From: Candidatus Altiarchaeota archaeon
GTDB lineage: Archaea; Altiarchaeota; Altiarchaeia; IMC4; SCGC-AAA252-I15
Assembly: GCA_041306075.1 (NCBI GenBank)
Contig: JBFYKH010000079.1
Location: forward strand, 1 to 59,355
DNA: 59,355 bases
Reading direction: 5' to 3'
The translations under genes and the position numbers were made by a program. The notes below the pieces were generated by a model. That model ran no database searches and was not told the origin of the DNA. It saw only the letters and a list, made by a program, of their open reading frames with translations. The stretch's first letter is position 1; each line of letters begins with the position of its first letter. This document shows positions 27,527 to 36,370 of this stretch, one piece after another.

Positions 27527-28249
27527 ATGGACTACAGGAGCTTCGAGGACGGGGCCGACAGGGGATTCTTCTGGTTCCTGGCGAAGGAACGCCTCATCGG
27601 CGCCCTATTCAAGAAGGCTCTGCCGCACCCTACGGCGGACTCGAGGGTGCTGGACGTGGGCGCCGGCATGGGCGAGGACGTGCCTGCCATATCCGCGGCC
27701 GGCCGGGTATACGCCATCGACGTCAGCCAGAACGCCCTTGACGCGATACCGGACGGCCTGGTTGCCGAGAAAAAGCTCTGCGACGCCGGCCGGATAGGAT
27801 ACCCGGACGGCTTCTTCGACACTGCCGTGGCCTTCGACGTACTGGAGCACATAGAGGACGACGTCGCGGCAATAGGGGAGATAAGGCGGGTGCTGAAGCC
27901 CGGGGGCCACTTCGTCTTCACAGTCCCGGCCTTCGACTTCATCTTCAGCGCCCACGACAAGGCGCTGCACCACCACAGGAGGTACGGGATGGGGGGGCTG
28001 TCAGGGAAGCTGGACGGCTTCAGGAGGATTGAATCCGGGTACTGGATGTGCCTGCTCTTCGTCCCAGTGGCGATGATGAGGCTCCTGAAGAGCGGTGAGA
28101 AGACGCCCCGCTCGGAGGGGATGCCGCTGCCGAAGTGGGCGAACGCGCTCCTTTACAGGATTGCGTCGGCCGAGACCCGGCTGATTGCCGGGGGCGTGAG
28201 GCTGCCGATAGGCCTGACGATATACGGGATTTACCGGAAGAATGCCTGA
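27527..28249 (+). CDS. Class I SAM-dependent methyltransferase
   Basis: VLDVGAGMG, FDVLEHIEDD, LKPGG, VPAF...S.HD...HH.RRY. Confidence 0.9.
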   Translation: MDYRSFEDGADRGFFWFLAKERLIGALFKKALPHPTADSRVLDVGAGMGEDVPAISAAGRVYAIDVSQNALDAIPDGLVAEKKLCDAGRIGYPDGFFDTAVAFDVLEHIEDDVAAIGEIRRVLKPGGHFVFTVPAFDFIFSAHDKALHHHRRYGMGGLSGKLDGFRRIESGYWMCLLFVPVAMMRLLKSGEKTPRSEGMPLPKWANALLYRIASAETRLIAGGVRLPIGLTIYGIYRKNA

Positions 28250-28300
28250 GGACGCCCGCACCGGCGGGCGTTTTTAACCGCCGAGAGGAAAGTGTTTACC

Positions 28301-29218
28301 ATGCCCCGCATACCCATCGTGGCATTGGGCACGGTAGCCCTGGACACCATCCAGACGCCGTTCAGGAGGGTGGAGAACGTGTTCGGCGGCAGCGGCACGT
28401 ACTTCGGGATCGCAGCAGGCTTTTTCTCAAGATGCGGCCTCGTGAGCGTCGTCGGCGGGGACTTCCCGAAGGAGAACCTGAAGTTCCTCGCCCACCGCGG
28501 CATAGACCTCTCGGGCGTCGAGGTGGCGGACGGCAGGACGTTCCACTGGGAGGGCTCTTACGAGCACGACATGAACGCGGCGACCACGCTCAGGACGGAC
28601 CTGAACGTCCTCGCGTCGTTCAGGCCTAGGATACCGAAGGAATACAGGCACTGCGACTTCCTGTTCCTGGCGAACATCGACCCCACGATACAGCTTGAGG
28701 TCCTCGAGGAGGTGAAGCCGAAACACAGCCTCTGCGACACCATGAACTACTGGATTTCCTCCAAGCGGGAGGAGCTCACCAGGGTCTTCGAGTCTGTGGA
28801 CGGGATAGTCGTGAACGAATGCGAGGCGAGGCAGTACTCGGGGACCCCGAACCTCATCAAGGCGGGGAGGATGCTCGCGGGGATAGGGGGCGGCAAAGTC
28901 ATAATAAAGAAGGGCGAGCACGGCTCCCTGTTCTTCTCGGGCGACGAGTTCTTCGCGGCCCCGGGATATCCGGTGGCGGACGTGGCGGACCCGACTGGCG
29001 CAGGAGACAGCTTCGCCGGCGGGACAATCGGCCACCTCGCGAAACACGGGGTGTTCGACGACGAGCACGTCAAGAAGAGCATGGCAATCGGCGCTGTCGT
29101 GGCAAGCTACGTCGTCGAGGGATTCAGCATAGACGGCATAAAGGACAGGGTGCTGGAGGACATACAGAGGCGCTACGACGGCTACAGGAGGATGGTCGCC
29201 TTCGACCACGTCATCTGA
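28301..29218 (+). CDS. PfkB family carbohydrate/nucleoside kinase
   Basis: GGSGTY, IIKKGEHG, DPTGAGDSFAGG. Confidence 0.92.
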   Translation: MPRIPIVALGTVALDTIQTPFRRVENVFGGSGTYFGIAAGFFSRCGLVSVVGGDFPKENLKFLAHRGIDLSGVEVADGRTFHWEGSYEHDMNAATTLRTDLNVLASFRPRIPKEYRHCDFLFLANIDPTIQLEVLEEVKPKHSLCDTMNYWISSKREELTRVFESVDGIVVNECEARQYSGTPNLIKAGRMLAGIGGGKVIIKKGEHGSLFFSGDEFFAAPGYPVADVADPTGAGDSFAGGTIGHLAKHGVFDDEHVKKSMAIGAVVASYVVEGFSIDGIKDRVLEDIQRRYDGYRRMVAFDHVI

Positions 29219-30655
29219 TTACTTGTGCCCAAAGCAGAATACGAGCTTCCCGCCTTCCTTGGAGTCGAGCCTGCAGAACCCGTACCGTTCGAACTGTATT
29301 ATCGCCCCGACCTGGAGGCCCGCCGCCTGCGGCTCGCAGTAGCCCCGGTCCACGGAGCCGTCGGGCTTCAGGACCTCGCACGCGACATAGTCCTGGAGGC
29401 ACTGTATCTTCCTCGCCTTCTTGTGCTCCCCCCGGCAGTGGGAGGCCGTAACCCGCCCGTCCCCGACGGACTTCACCTCTATGCAGGCCAATCCCATCAG
29501 CTTGACGACCTCACCCGCCGACAGGGTCGAATCCGCCCGGCAGATGTACAGGGGGGCGCCTTCCCGGATGCTCTGCTCCCTCACGCCCCGCCCCTTGTGG
29601 GTAGGGTGCAGCGGCATCCGGACGGTCTTGCCGGGCATGTCTTCCACGGTGAGCGCGACCGGGTCCGGTATGAAGAAGTACCTGTCCGTCTTCTCGTCCA
29701 AGAGGCTCCTGTTGAGCGCATACAGGGTGTCCATGCTGACGCCGGCCGCGCTGTCCGAGAGGCCGAGGGAGAGCATGAACTGCCGTACCGCCTCGGGCTG
29801 TATCCCCCGGCGCCTCAGGCCACGGAGAGTCGGGAGGCGGTGGTCGTCCCAGCCCCGGAAGAGCCCGGAAGCTATGTCCGCCGCCATCTTGCTGGTCGAG
29901 AACTTCCCGGTCTCGTCGAGCTGTATCCTCCCCCACAGTATGACTTCCGGGTAATTCCAGCCGAGGTAGTCGTAGACGTACTTCTGCTTTAGGCCTGAGT
30001 CCATGAGGTCTATCCCCCGTATGATGTGGGTGACGCCGCGGACGTGGTCCTCTATCGCGCTCTCGAAGTCGAGCATCGGCCAGACCCTGTATTTGCGGCC
30101 GACTAGGGGGTGCTCGTCCTCGATTATCCTGAACGCCACCCAGTCCCTGAGGGCCGGGTCAGGGTGCTTTATGTCGGTCTTAATCCTCAATGCCGCCTCG
30201 CCCTCCTTGTAGTCCTTGAACATGGCGTTCCAGCGGCGCATGTGCTCCTCTGGGGCGAGCTCCCGGCACGGGCAGGCTATCATCTGGTCCTTCTTCGTCT
30301 TGAACGCCTCCCGCTCGCACGTGCAGACGTAGGCGTGGCCGTCCCCTATGAGCCGGACCGCATACTGGTAGTAGGCGTCTATGTTCAGGGAGGCTGTGAC
30401 CACCTCGTCGGGGACGCAGCCGAGCCACTGGCAGTCGTCCTGAATCCACTGGTAGGCCTCCTTCACCGGCTTCTTCGTCCGGGGGTCGGTGTCGTCGAAC
30501 CGGAGTATGAACCGGCCCGAGTACTTCGTCGCGAGGTAGTGGTTCGTAACCACGCCCCGGGCGTGCCCGATGGTCAGCGTCCCGTTCGGGTTCGGCGCGA
30601 ACCTCAGGACCGCCCCCTTCGGGTCCCCGGGCAGACGCATCGTATCCTCGGCCAT
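29219..30655 (-). CDS. gltX: Glutamyl-tRNA synthetase (archaeal type, short N-terminus)
   Basis: RFAPNPNG.L.IGH, LRFDDTDP, WP.LDF, THIIRG, QFER.GFCRLD. Confidence 0.93.
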   Translation of the reverse strand: MAEDTMRLPGDPKGAVLRFAPNPNGTLTIGHARGVVTNHYLATKYSGRFILRFDDTDPRTKKPVKEAYQWIQDDCQWLGCVPDEVVTASLNIDAYYQYAVRLIGDGHAYVCTCEREAFKTKKDQMIACPCRELAPEEHMRRWNAMFKDYKEGEAALRIKTDIKHPDPALRDWVAFRIIEDEHPLVGRKYRVWPMLDFESAIEDHVRGVTHIIRGIDLMDSGLKQKYVYDYLGWNYPEVILWGRIQLDETGKFSTSKMAADIASGLFRGWDDHRLPTLRGLRRRGIQPEAVRQFMLSLGLSDSAAGVSMDTLYALNRSLLDEKTDRYFFIPDPVALTVEDMPGKTVRMPLHPTHKGRGVREQSIREGAPLYICRADSTLSAGEVVKLMGLACIEVKSVGDGRVTASHCRGEHKKARKIQCLQDYVACEVLKPDGSVDRGYCEPQAAGLQVGAIIQFERYGFCRLDSKEGGKLVFCFGHK

Positions 30656-30656
30656 G

Positions 30657-30995
30657 TTACATCAGCTTAAGCCCCCCGGTTATACGGTCGAGTTCAGACT
30701 CCTCAGCTGGCCCGAGGCCGACGCACGTCTTCGTGCCGGGTTCCAGCTGCGTGTGGCCCGCGTCCTCTATGAGGACAGCGGCTATCCCCGCCCGCTTTCC
30801 TTCGCTAAAGACAGACATCATCTCCGCCTCGTCCCTGACCTTCACCACCGTCTTCTTCTGGCCGGCGGCAATCCAGTCGGCGCGATACCTGCTCTTGTCC
30901 GCGGCCGAGAGCGCGGCGTGCGCCACCTGCGCCGCCAGCTTCCCCTTCCCCATCTTGAGGTCGCACCGGACCGCTATAACCTGCTTCAAGGCCAT
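30657..30995 (-). CDS. pth2: Peptidyl-tRNA hydrolase Pth2
   Basis: MGKGKLAAQVAHA, GQKKTVVKV, IEDAGHTQ..PGT.TC.GLGP. Confidence 0.95.
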   Translation of the reverse strand: MALKQVIAVRCDLKMGKGKLAAQVAHAALSAADKSRYRADWIAAGQKKTVVKVRDEAEMMSVFSEGKRAGIAAVLIEDAGHTQLEPGTKTCVGLGPAEESELDRITGGLKLM

Positions 30996-31036
30996 CCAAG
31001 CTATAAATAGGGGCCCGCAATATTAATAGGATTCGG

Positions 31037-32059
31037 ATGAAGGAGCTCTGGGTGAAGGCCGACGGGGAGCGGCCGTGGGAGGAGAGGAAGAAGGCTGTGA
31101 CCGCGGCCCTGGAGGCTGGGGCGGACGCAGTCATCGTCAACTCCGGCGAGGAGGGGAAGGCGAGGGGCCTGGGGAGAATCAGGATTGTGTCGTCAGGCGG
31201 GGACGCCGACCTGGTGCTGGAGAAGGACGCGTTCTACAGGGAAATCCGGTCCAAGGCGGACGAGAAGGACATCGCAGCCCTCGGCCTGAAGGCCAAGTAC
31301 GTGGCGGTGAACGCCAGGGACTGGAGGGTCATCCCCCTCGAGAACCTCATTGCAGCGCTCCAGGGGAAGTGCAGGATAATAGTGGAGGTTGCCGACGCAG
31401 AGGAGGCGAAGACCGCCCTGGAGACGCTGGAGGTCGGGGCCGACGGAGTCCTGGTGTCGGATGCGAAGGGGGCTGGGAAGGTGAGGGACGTCGTGGACGC
31501 CATGTCGTCGGAGAGGCTGAAGCTGACGCCGGTGAAGATAAAGTCCCTGAAGCCGGTGGGCATGGGCGACAGGGTCTGCGTGGACACCGCCAGCATGCTC
31601 GCCGTCGGCGAGGGGATGCTCGTCGGCAGCCAGGGCTCCAGCATGTTCCTGGTGCACAGCGAAAGCATAGAGACCGAGTACGTCGCCGCCAGGCCGTTCA
31701 GGGTGAATGCGGGCGCGGTGCACGCGTACATCAGGCTCCCGGGGAACAAGACAAAGTACCTGAGCGAGGTGAAGACGGGCGACGAGGTGCTCGCAGTCGA
31801 CGCGAAGGGGGCTACGAGGAACGTGATAGTCGGCCGCGCCAAGGTGGAGAAGAGGCCGCTCATACTCGTGGAGGCGGAGGCCGGCGGCGCTAAATTGAAG
31901 ACGCTCCTGCAGAACGCGGAGACCATACTGCTCGTGAGCCCTGAGGGGAAGCCGGTCTCCATCGCGAGGCTGAAGGCCGGGGACATGGTGCTCGCCTACA
32001 TCGAGGAGGGAGGCAGACACTTCGGCATGAAAGTCAAGGAGACTATAGCCGAGAAGTAG
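31037..32059 (+). CDS. aroB': 3-dehydroquinate synthase II (archaeal oxidative deaminating type)
   Basis: DWRVIPLENLIA, GDRVCVDT, RPFRVNAGAVHAY, LQNAETI, RHFG. Confidence 0.94.
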   Translation: MKELWVKADGERPWEERKKAVTAALEAGADAVIVNSGEEGKARGLGRIRIVSSGGDADLVLEKDAFYREIRSKADEKDIAALGLKAKYVAVNARDWRVIPLENLIAALQGKCRIIVEVADAEEAKTALETLEVGADGVLVSDAKGAGKVRDVVDAMSSERLKLTPVKIKSLKPVGMGDRVCVDTASMLAVGEGMLVGSQGSSMFLVHSESIETEYVAARPFRVNAGAVHAYIRLPGNKTKYLSEVKTGDEVLAVDAKGATRNVIVGRAKVEKRPLILVEAEAGGAKLKTLLQNAETILLVSPEGKPVSIARLKAGDMVLAYIEEGGRHFGMKVKETIAEK

Positions 32060-32133
32060 CATCGTTTCCGCCAGCGCTTTGCGAGCAAAAGGGCTGCGGG
32101 ATGAAAGTCGAGGAAACCATTGCCGAGAAATAG
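32024..32133 (+). repeat. Imperfect direct repeat of the aroB' 3' end
   Basis: 32024-32059 (GMKVKETIAEK*) vs 32098-32133 (GMKVEETIAEK*); 30/36 nt identical. Confidence 0.92.
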
Positions 32134-32175
32134 GCGGCAGGTCATATTTTAACGCGGCTTTCTCGATGTTAACTG

Positions 32176-34890
32176 ATGCTCAAGCAGGGCTCCAAAAAGG
32201 CCGATGAGGCGGCAGCCGGCGTCGAAGGAACGCTCCCGAAGCCCGCCGAGTTCAACGGCATCATGACCGAGCAGGCGCTCCTGCAGCGGATATTCGGCCA
32301 GAACGTCACCGCCGTGGCCACCGACAGGTTCATCAACAAGTCCCGCGACGCCTACAACCTCCCGTTCCTGGCGAGGGAGGTCACGCAGAACTGGGTCGAC
32401 CACAACCCGAGGCGCGGCACCCTGGACGGCGTCGAGGTGAAGGTGGAGGAGAACGCCGGGGCGGGCATGCACAGGGTGACCATCACGGGCGGATGGGACA
32501 TAACCGACGTGACCGGCCTCACCCACCTGCACTCCGACAAGCCCGGGGAGGGCGAGTCGGCGGGCGGCAACGGCATCGGCCTCAAGCAGGTGGCGATACG
32601 GTATCTGAGGGACTTCGCGGTCACGAGGTTCGACGTGGACGGCAACAGCGACGGCAGGGGCTTCAGGGTGTCTTACCGCCTCGTCAAGGCTTCAGAGGCC
32701 AACCTGGAACTCGGGTCCAGGGGCGTCCCACAGAGGCTCAGGCACGACTGGCTGGTGGCCCAGCTTGCCGACGCCCCCGAGAACGCGGGCGGAAAATGCT
32801 CATACACCATCGAGACAGGGAACGAGGACATCGTGCGGTCCCTCAGGCAGGTGGAGAGGATAGGCGTCTCGGCCCGGAACCCGCTCCTTGCGAACCCGGA
32901 CTTCGATAACGGGAAGGGCTCGCTCAGGTGGCAGACGACGGCGGAGCTAGAGGCCGGGGAGCCGACCGGCCTGTTCATCAACGGCCAGGCGTGGAGCTTC
33001 ATGCAGGACGGGCCCACAATCGAAGGCCACTTCAGGGGCCCGGAGGGCGTCACCGTCAGACTGAACGACCTGAAGCACGACATGAGCATAGACCGGCCGC
33101 CCATAGACAGGTACAGGCTCGAACGGTACGTGGACGGCCTCGTCTCGTCGATGGGCAGGGACGAGCTCGTAGGGCAGCTGAAGAAGTCCGAGCACATATG
33201 GGGGGCCCTGGACGACAGGAGGTACGGCTCCGACAGGCTGGGCTCGTTCGTAGTCATAGAGAAGATGGTGGAGAAGCTCGTCTGGAGGCACAGCTTCAAG
33301 GCCGACGACTTCAACCGCGAATTCCAGGGAAGGACGTACGTGTGCCGCAACGAGGGAGTCTCCGACGAGCAGGTGGCCAGCCTGAGGGCGGATGGTTGCG
33401 TAGTCTGCCCCCCCTACTTCGAGCGCCTCGGGGTCCCGAGGGCGTCTGGCAGGTTCAGCTCCTTCGACGAGGCCGCCATGAAGAAGCCGGAGCTGACAGG
33501 CTACAAACAGAAGGAGCTGGCGCGGGAGTTCGGCTTCGTAGTGGCTGCGGAAGGCCTGGGGGACGCGACAGGGAAGGCCCTCCTGGAGCGGATGATGGAG
33601 GGGCTCGCCGACGCCAAGCCGTCCGTCGAGGAGACTGGCGCCAACAGGTTCAGGGTCAGGTTGAAGGGGAGGATTCCGGAGGATGCGCTGTTCCACCCGC
33701 TCCACAGCCCCAAGACGGGCGAGCAGAAGCGCCTCCATTTCATACGGGGGGTTGTGAAGGCAGGCCTCGAATCAGGGGCTATGAAGAGCGTGTTCACGTC
33801 GACTGGCGAATACGTCACCACGTACGCCACGCAATACGATTCCGTGGCCGGGGAGCACCTGCTCGTGGCGAGGAACGTGAGGAACGAGGACGCCGGCGGC
33901 GCGTTCATCGAGTTCGAGCTTAAGCCTGAGCTCTCGGAGAAGTTTAGGGTCATCGCAGGAGGGGCCAAGAAACCAGCCGAGGCGGAGCGCCAGTCCGGGG
34001 GCGAGCACCAGGGGAGAAGCCGGCGGCTCAGGAGGATGATGGCAGCCGCAGCGGGCGTCGCGCTCACGGCCGCAGTCGGCGCGCTCGTCTTTGTGAAGCC
34101 CGGCGGCCAGGGCAATGGCCTGGCCGATAAGCCTAGGGTGGAGGCTCAAGCAGGAGCGCCGTCCGCGCAAGCCAAGATGGTTGTCGCATCGTCTGCGCAG
34201 GAGTTGGAGGCCGCGGTCAGAATCCTTGAGAATATCATCCCTGCGCGGGCTGCGGACGACAAAGGCCCGGCCGAACAGTACGGCGCCTGGAAGACGGGAG
34301 GGGACTTCTACGGGCAGGCCGCAGGCGGGGCGGAGTACCTTAAGGGCGGGACCTTAAGGGAGCTGATAATGCAGCATAACAGCGCCCGGGTAGAGCCTGC
34401 CGGCGAGGGGGAGGACGGCCTGAATGCGACGCTTCAGGCCTTGGCGAACAGGCTGGCGCCCCCGGAGGACAGGGTGGAAGGCTTCGAGATAGTCCTTAAG
34501 CCTGCGGAGAGGCAGCTTGCGCAGCTCGGCCTCATGAGGAAGTACCTCCACATCGCCACTGGCGCGGCAGTCCCCCATGACTTCTTTATCTTCAGGGGCA
34601 GGGGGGCGAAGGGCGTAAACATAGGCGGCGACAAGGCTATAGGATTCCACGAGGGGATGCTGGACACCCTATTCGAGAGCGCGGTCGGGACCGGGGCGCA
34701 CGAGCTCGCCCACACGCACTCCATGGGCCACGGCAGGGAGTTCATCGCCGCACTGCAGTCGACGATGGGCGAGATAGCCAGGAGGCTCGGCGACATAAAC
34801 GAAAGGTTGGATAGCGGCTCCGGGCTGACCGGAGACGACAGGGCGCTCTTGGACATCAGGGAGGGGTGGGACAGCCTCAGGGCGAAGTGA
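32176..34890 (+). CDS. Orphan multidomain protein: GHKL-like ATPase, central TM, C-terminal HExxH metallopeptidase-like domain
   Basis: REVTQNWVD (N-box-like), GGNGIGLK (G2-like); hydrophobic MMAAAAGVALTAAVGALVFV; AHELAHTHSMGHGREF. Confidence 0.6.
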   Translation: MLKQGSKKADEAAAGVEGTLPKPAEFNGIMTEQALLQRIFGQNVTAVATDRFINKSRDAYNLPFLAREVTQNWVDHNPRRGTLDGVEVKVEENAGAGMHRVTITGGWDITDVTGLTHLHSDKPGEGESAGGNGIGLKQVAIRYLRDFAVTRFDVDGNSDGRGFRVSYRLVKASEANLELGSRGVPQRLRHDWLVAQLADAPENAGGKCSYTIETGNEDIVRSLRQVERIGVSARNPLLANPDFDNGKGSLRWQTTAELEAGEPTGLFINGQAWSFMQDGPTIEGHFRGPEGVTVRLNDLKHDMSIDRPPIDRYRLERYVDGLVSSMGRDELVGQLKKSEHIWGALDDRRYGSDRLGSFVVIEKMVEKLVWRHSFKADDFNREFQGRTYVCRNEGVSDEQVASLRADGCVVCPPYFERLGVPRASGRFSSFDEAAMKKPELTGYKQKELAREFGFVVAAEGLGDATGKALLERMMEGLADAKPSVEETGANRFRVRLKGRIPEDALFHPLHSPKTGEQKRLHFIRGVVKAGLESGAMKSVFTSTGEYVTTYATQYDSVAGEHLLVARNVRNEDAGGAFIEFELKPELSEKFRVIAGGAKKPAEAERQSGGEHQGRSRRLRRMMAAAAGVALTAAVGALVFVKPGGQGNGLADKPRVEAQAGAPSAQAKMVVASSAQELEAAVRILENIIPARAADDKGPAEQYGAWKTGGDFYGQAAGGAEYLKGGTLRELIMQHNSARVEPAGEGEDGLNATLQALANRLAPPEDRVEGFEIVLKPAERQLAQLGLMRKYLHIATGAAVPHDFFIFRGRGAKGVNIGGDKAIGFHEGMLDTLFESAVGTGAHELAHTHSMGHGREFIAALQSTMGEIARRLGDINERLDSGSGLTGDDRALLDIREGWDSLRAK

Positions 34891-34931
34891 GAGCCCCGTC
34901 ATTTTATTACCGATAAGGCGCGTATTTTAAC

Positions 34932-35684
34932 ATGGCACCGCTTGAGAGGCGCCGGGAGTGGCAGGAGGGGCTGCCGGAACCGTTGGTCCCCGTCAGGCTC
35001 ACGCCCGTGCGGGGCGGGACCGTCGGCCTCATGGAGGGGGCTAGGAGGTGGAGGGGTTTCGACTACGACCTCGCCCAGGAGGCCTCGGCGAAGAGTATTT
35101 TTTTCGTTGTCAGGCGGACGCCGCTTCAGATTGCAGTCAACGACGCCTTCCTCGCCGCAGGCTACCGCGGCGAGAAGGTGGCGGAGGACCTCGGGCGCGG
35201 GCGCTTCAAGCTCGAGAGGGAGGGGGTCGCACTCCACCTCGCCGGACGGGAGAGGCTCAGGGCGGTTGACGACGTAGGGTTCATGGAGTCGCTCGGGGAC
35301 TTGATGGGCGGATTCCACACGCTCGCCGTCAGGCACGGCGGCGAAACATACAATGCCGCATCGCACGGGCACCCGCATGAGCGGAACATCGTCGTCTTCG
35401 ACGGCGGGGGGCTCGGGCTCGTGGACATGAAGAACGCCTCCGCGCTCAGCCTGGACTGGAGGGGCCATGAGGACGCGGCCGGCGCCTTCTGGAGGGATTA
35501 CTGGCATCTGTCTAACACCGTCGCCTACGCGGAAGGCTCCTGCGAACGCGCGGACGTCATGTACCGGAGGCTCATCTCCCACTATCCGATGGGCAATAAG
35601 CCGAAGGCCGCCCTCCTTGAGTGGCTCAGGGAGAGGGGCCTCTGGGGGAGGAGGCAGCCGCCGCGTTATGAGGAACACGGCTGA
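34932..35684 (+). CDS. Protein-kinase-like fold protein with non-canonical catalytic loop
   Basis: HGHPHERNI in place of HxDxxxxN, followed by GLVDM (DFG-equivalent). Confidence 0.5.
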   Translation: MAPLERRREWQEGLPEPLVPVRLTPVRGGTVGLMEGARRWRGFDYDLAQEASAKSIFFVVRRTPLQIAVNDAFLAAGYRGEKVAEDLGRGRFKLEREGVALHLAGRERLRAVDDVGFMESLGDLMGGFHTLAVRHGGETYNAASHGHPHERNIVVFDGGGLGLVDMKNASALSLDWRGHEDAAGAFWRDYWHLSNTVAYAEGSCERADVMYRRLISHYPMGNKPKAALLEWLRERGLWGRRQPPRYEEHG

Positions 35685-35737
35685 CCCGTGGTAAGATTTA
35701 TTATTCCGTAAGCCCACTTGTATTACCGGGACACCCT

Positions 35738-36367
35738 ATGATTCTGACTTGGCTCGGGCATGCGTCGTTCAGGCTCGAATGCGGCCAGACAGTTTACTTC
35801 GACCCCTTCAAGGTCGCGGGAGGGAAGGACGCCGACTTGATACTCGTCTCGCACGGCCACTTCGACCACCTGGACCAGGCGTCCATAGACTCCGTGAGCG
35901 GCGGCAACGCGATAATCCTCTGCCCGCGGTCGTGCATCGAGAAGGTCGAGGGGAACGTCAGCGCATTGAACCCCGGGGAGTCGGTTACCGTCGGCGCAGT
36001 CAGGGTCGAGGCGCATCCCGCGTACAACACCGGCAAGGCCAGCCATCTCATAGGCGACGGGGTCGGCTGGGTGGTGGAGGCCGAAGGCAAGCGCGTGTAC
36101 TTCGCAGGCGACACTGACAGGATACCGGAGATGAGGGAGCTCGGACGGGTGGACGTAGCCATCCTGCCGGTGGGGGGGAAGTACACGATGGACTGGTCCG
36201 AGGCCGCGGACGCCGTCTCGGACATTAAACCGGCGGTGGCCGTGCCCATGCACTACGGGTCCGTGGTCGGCACCATAGGCGACGCGGTGAAGTTCAAGAA
36301 GAGGGTCGAGGCCGCGGGGTCGGCAGAGGTCAAACTCATACCCAGGGGCGAGTCTGTAGAGATATGA
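35738..36367 (+). CDS. MBL-fold metal-dependent hydrolase (UPF0173-like)
   Basis: TWLGHASF, SHGHFDH, YFAGDT, LPVGG.YTM, VPMHYG. Confidence 0.92.
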   Translation: MILTWLGHASFRLECGQTVYFDPFKVAGGKDADLILVSHGHFDHLDQASIDSVSGGNAIILCPRSCIEKVEGNVSALNPGESVTVGAVRVEAHPAYNTGKASHLIGDGVGWVVEAEGKRVYFAGDTDRIPEMRELGRVDVAILPVGGKYTMDWSEAADAVSDIKPAVAVPMHYGSVVGTIGDAVKFKKRVEAAGSAEVKLIPRGESVEI

Positions 36368-36370
36368 GGG

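Noticed and set aside
21823-32133. Tail duplicates as DGR variable/template repeats
   Set aside because: Differences are not adenine-specific, are almost all synonymous, and no reverse transcriptase is present.
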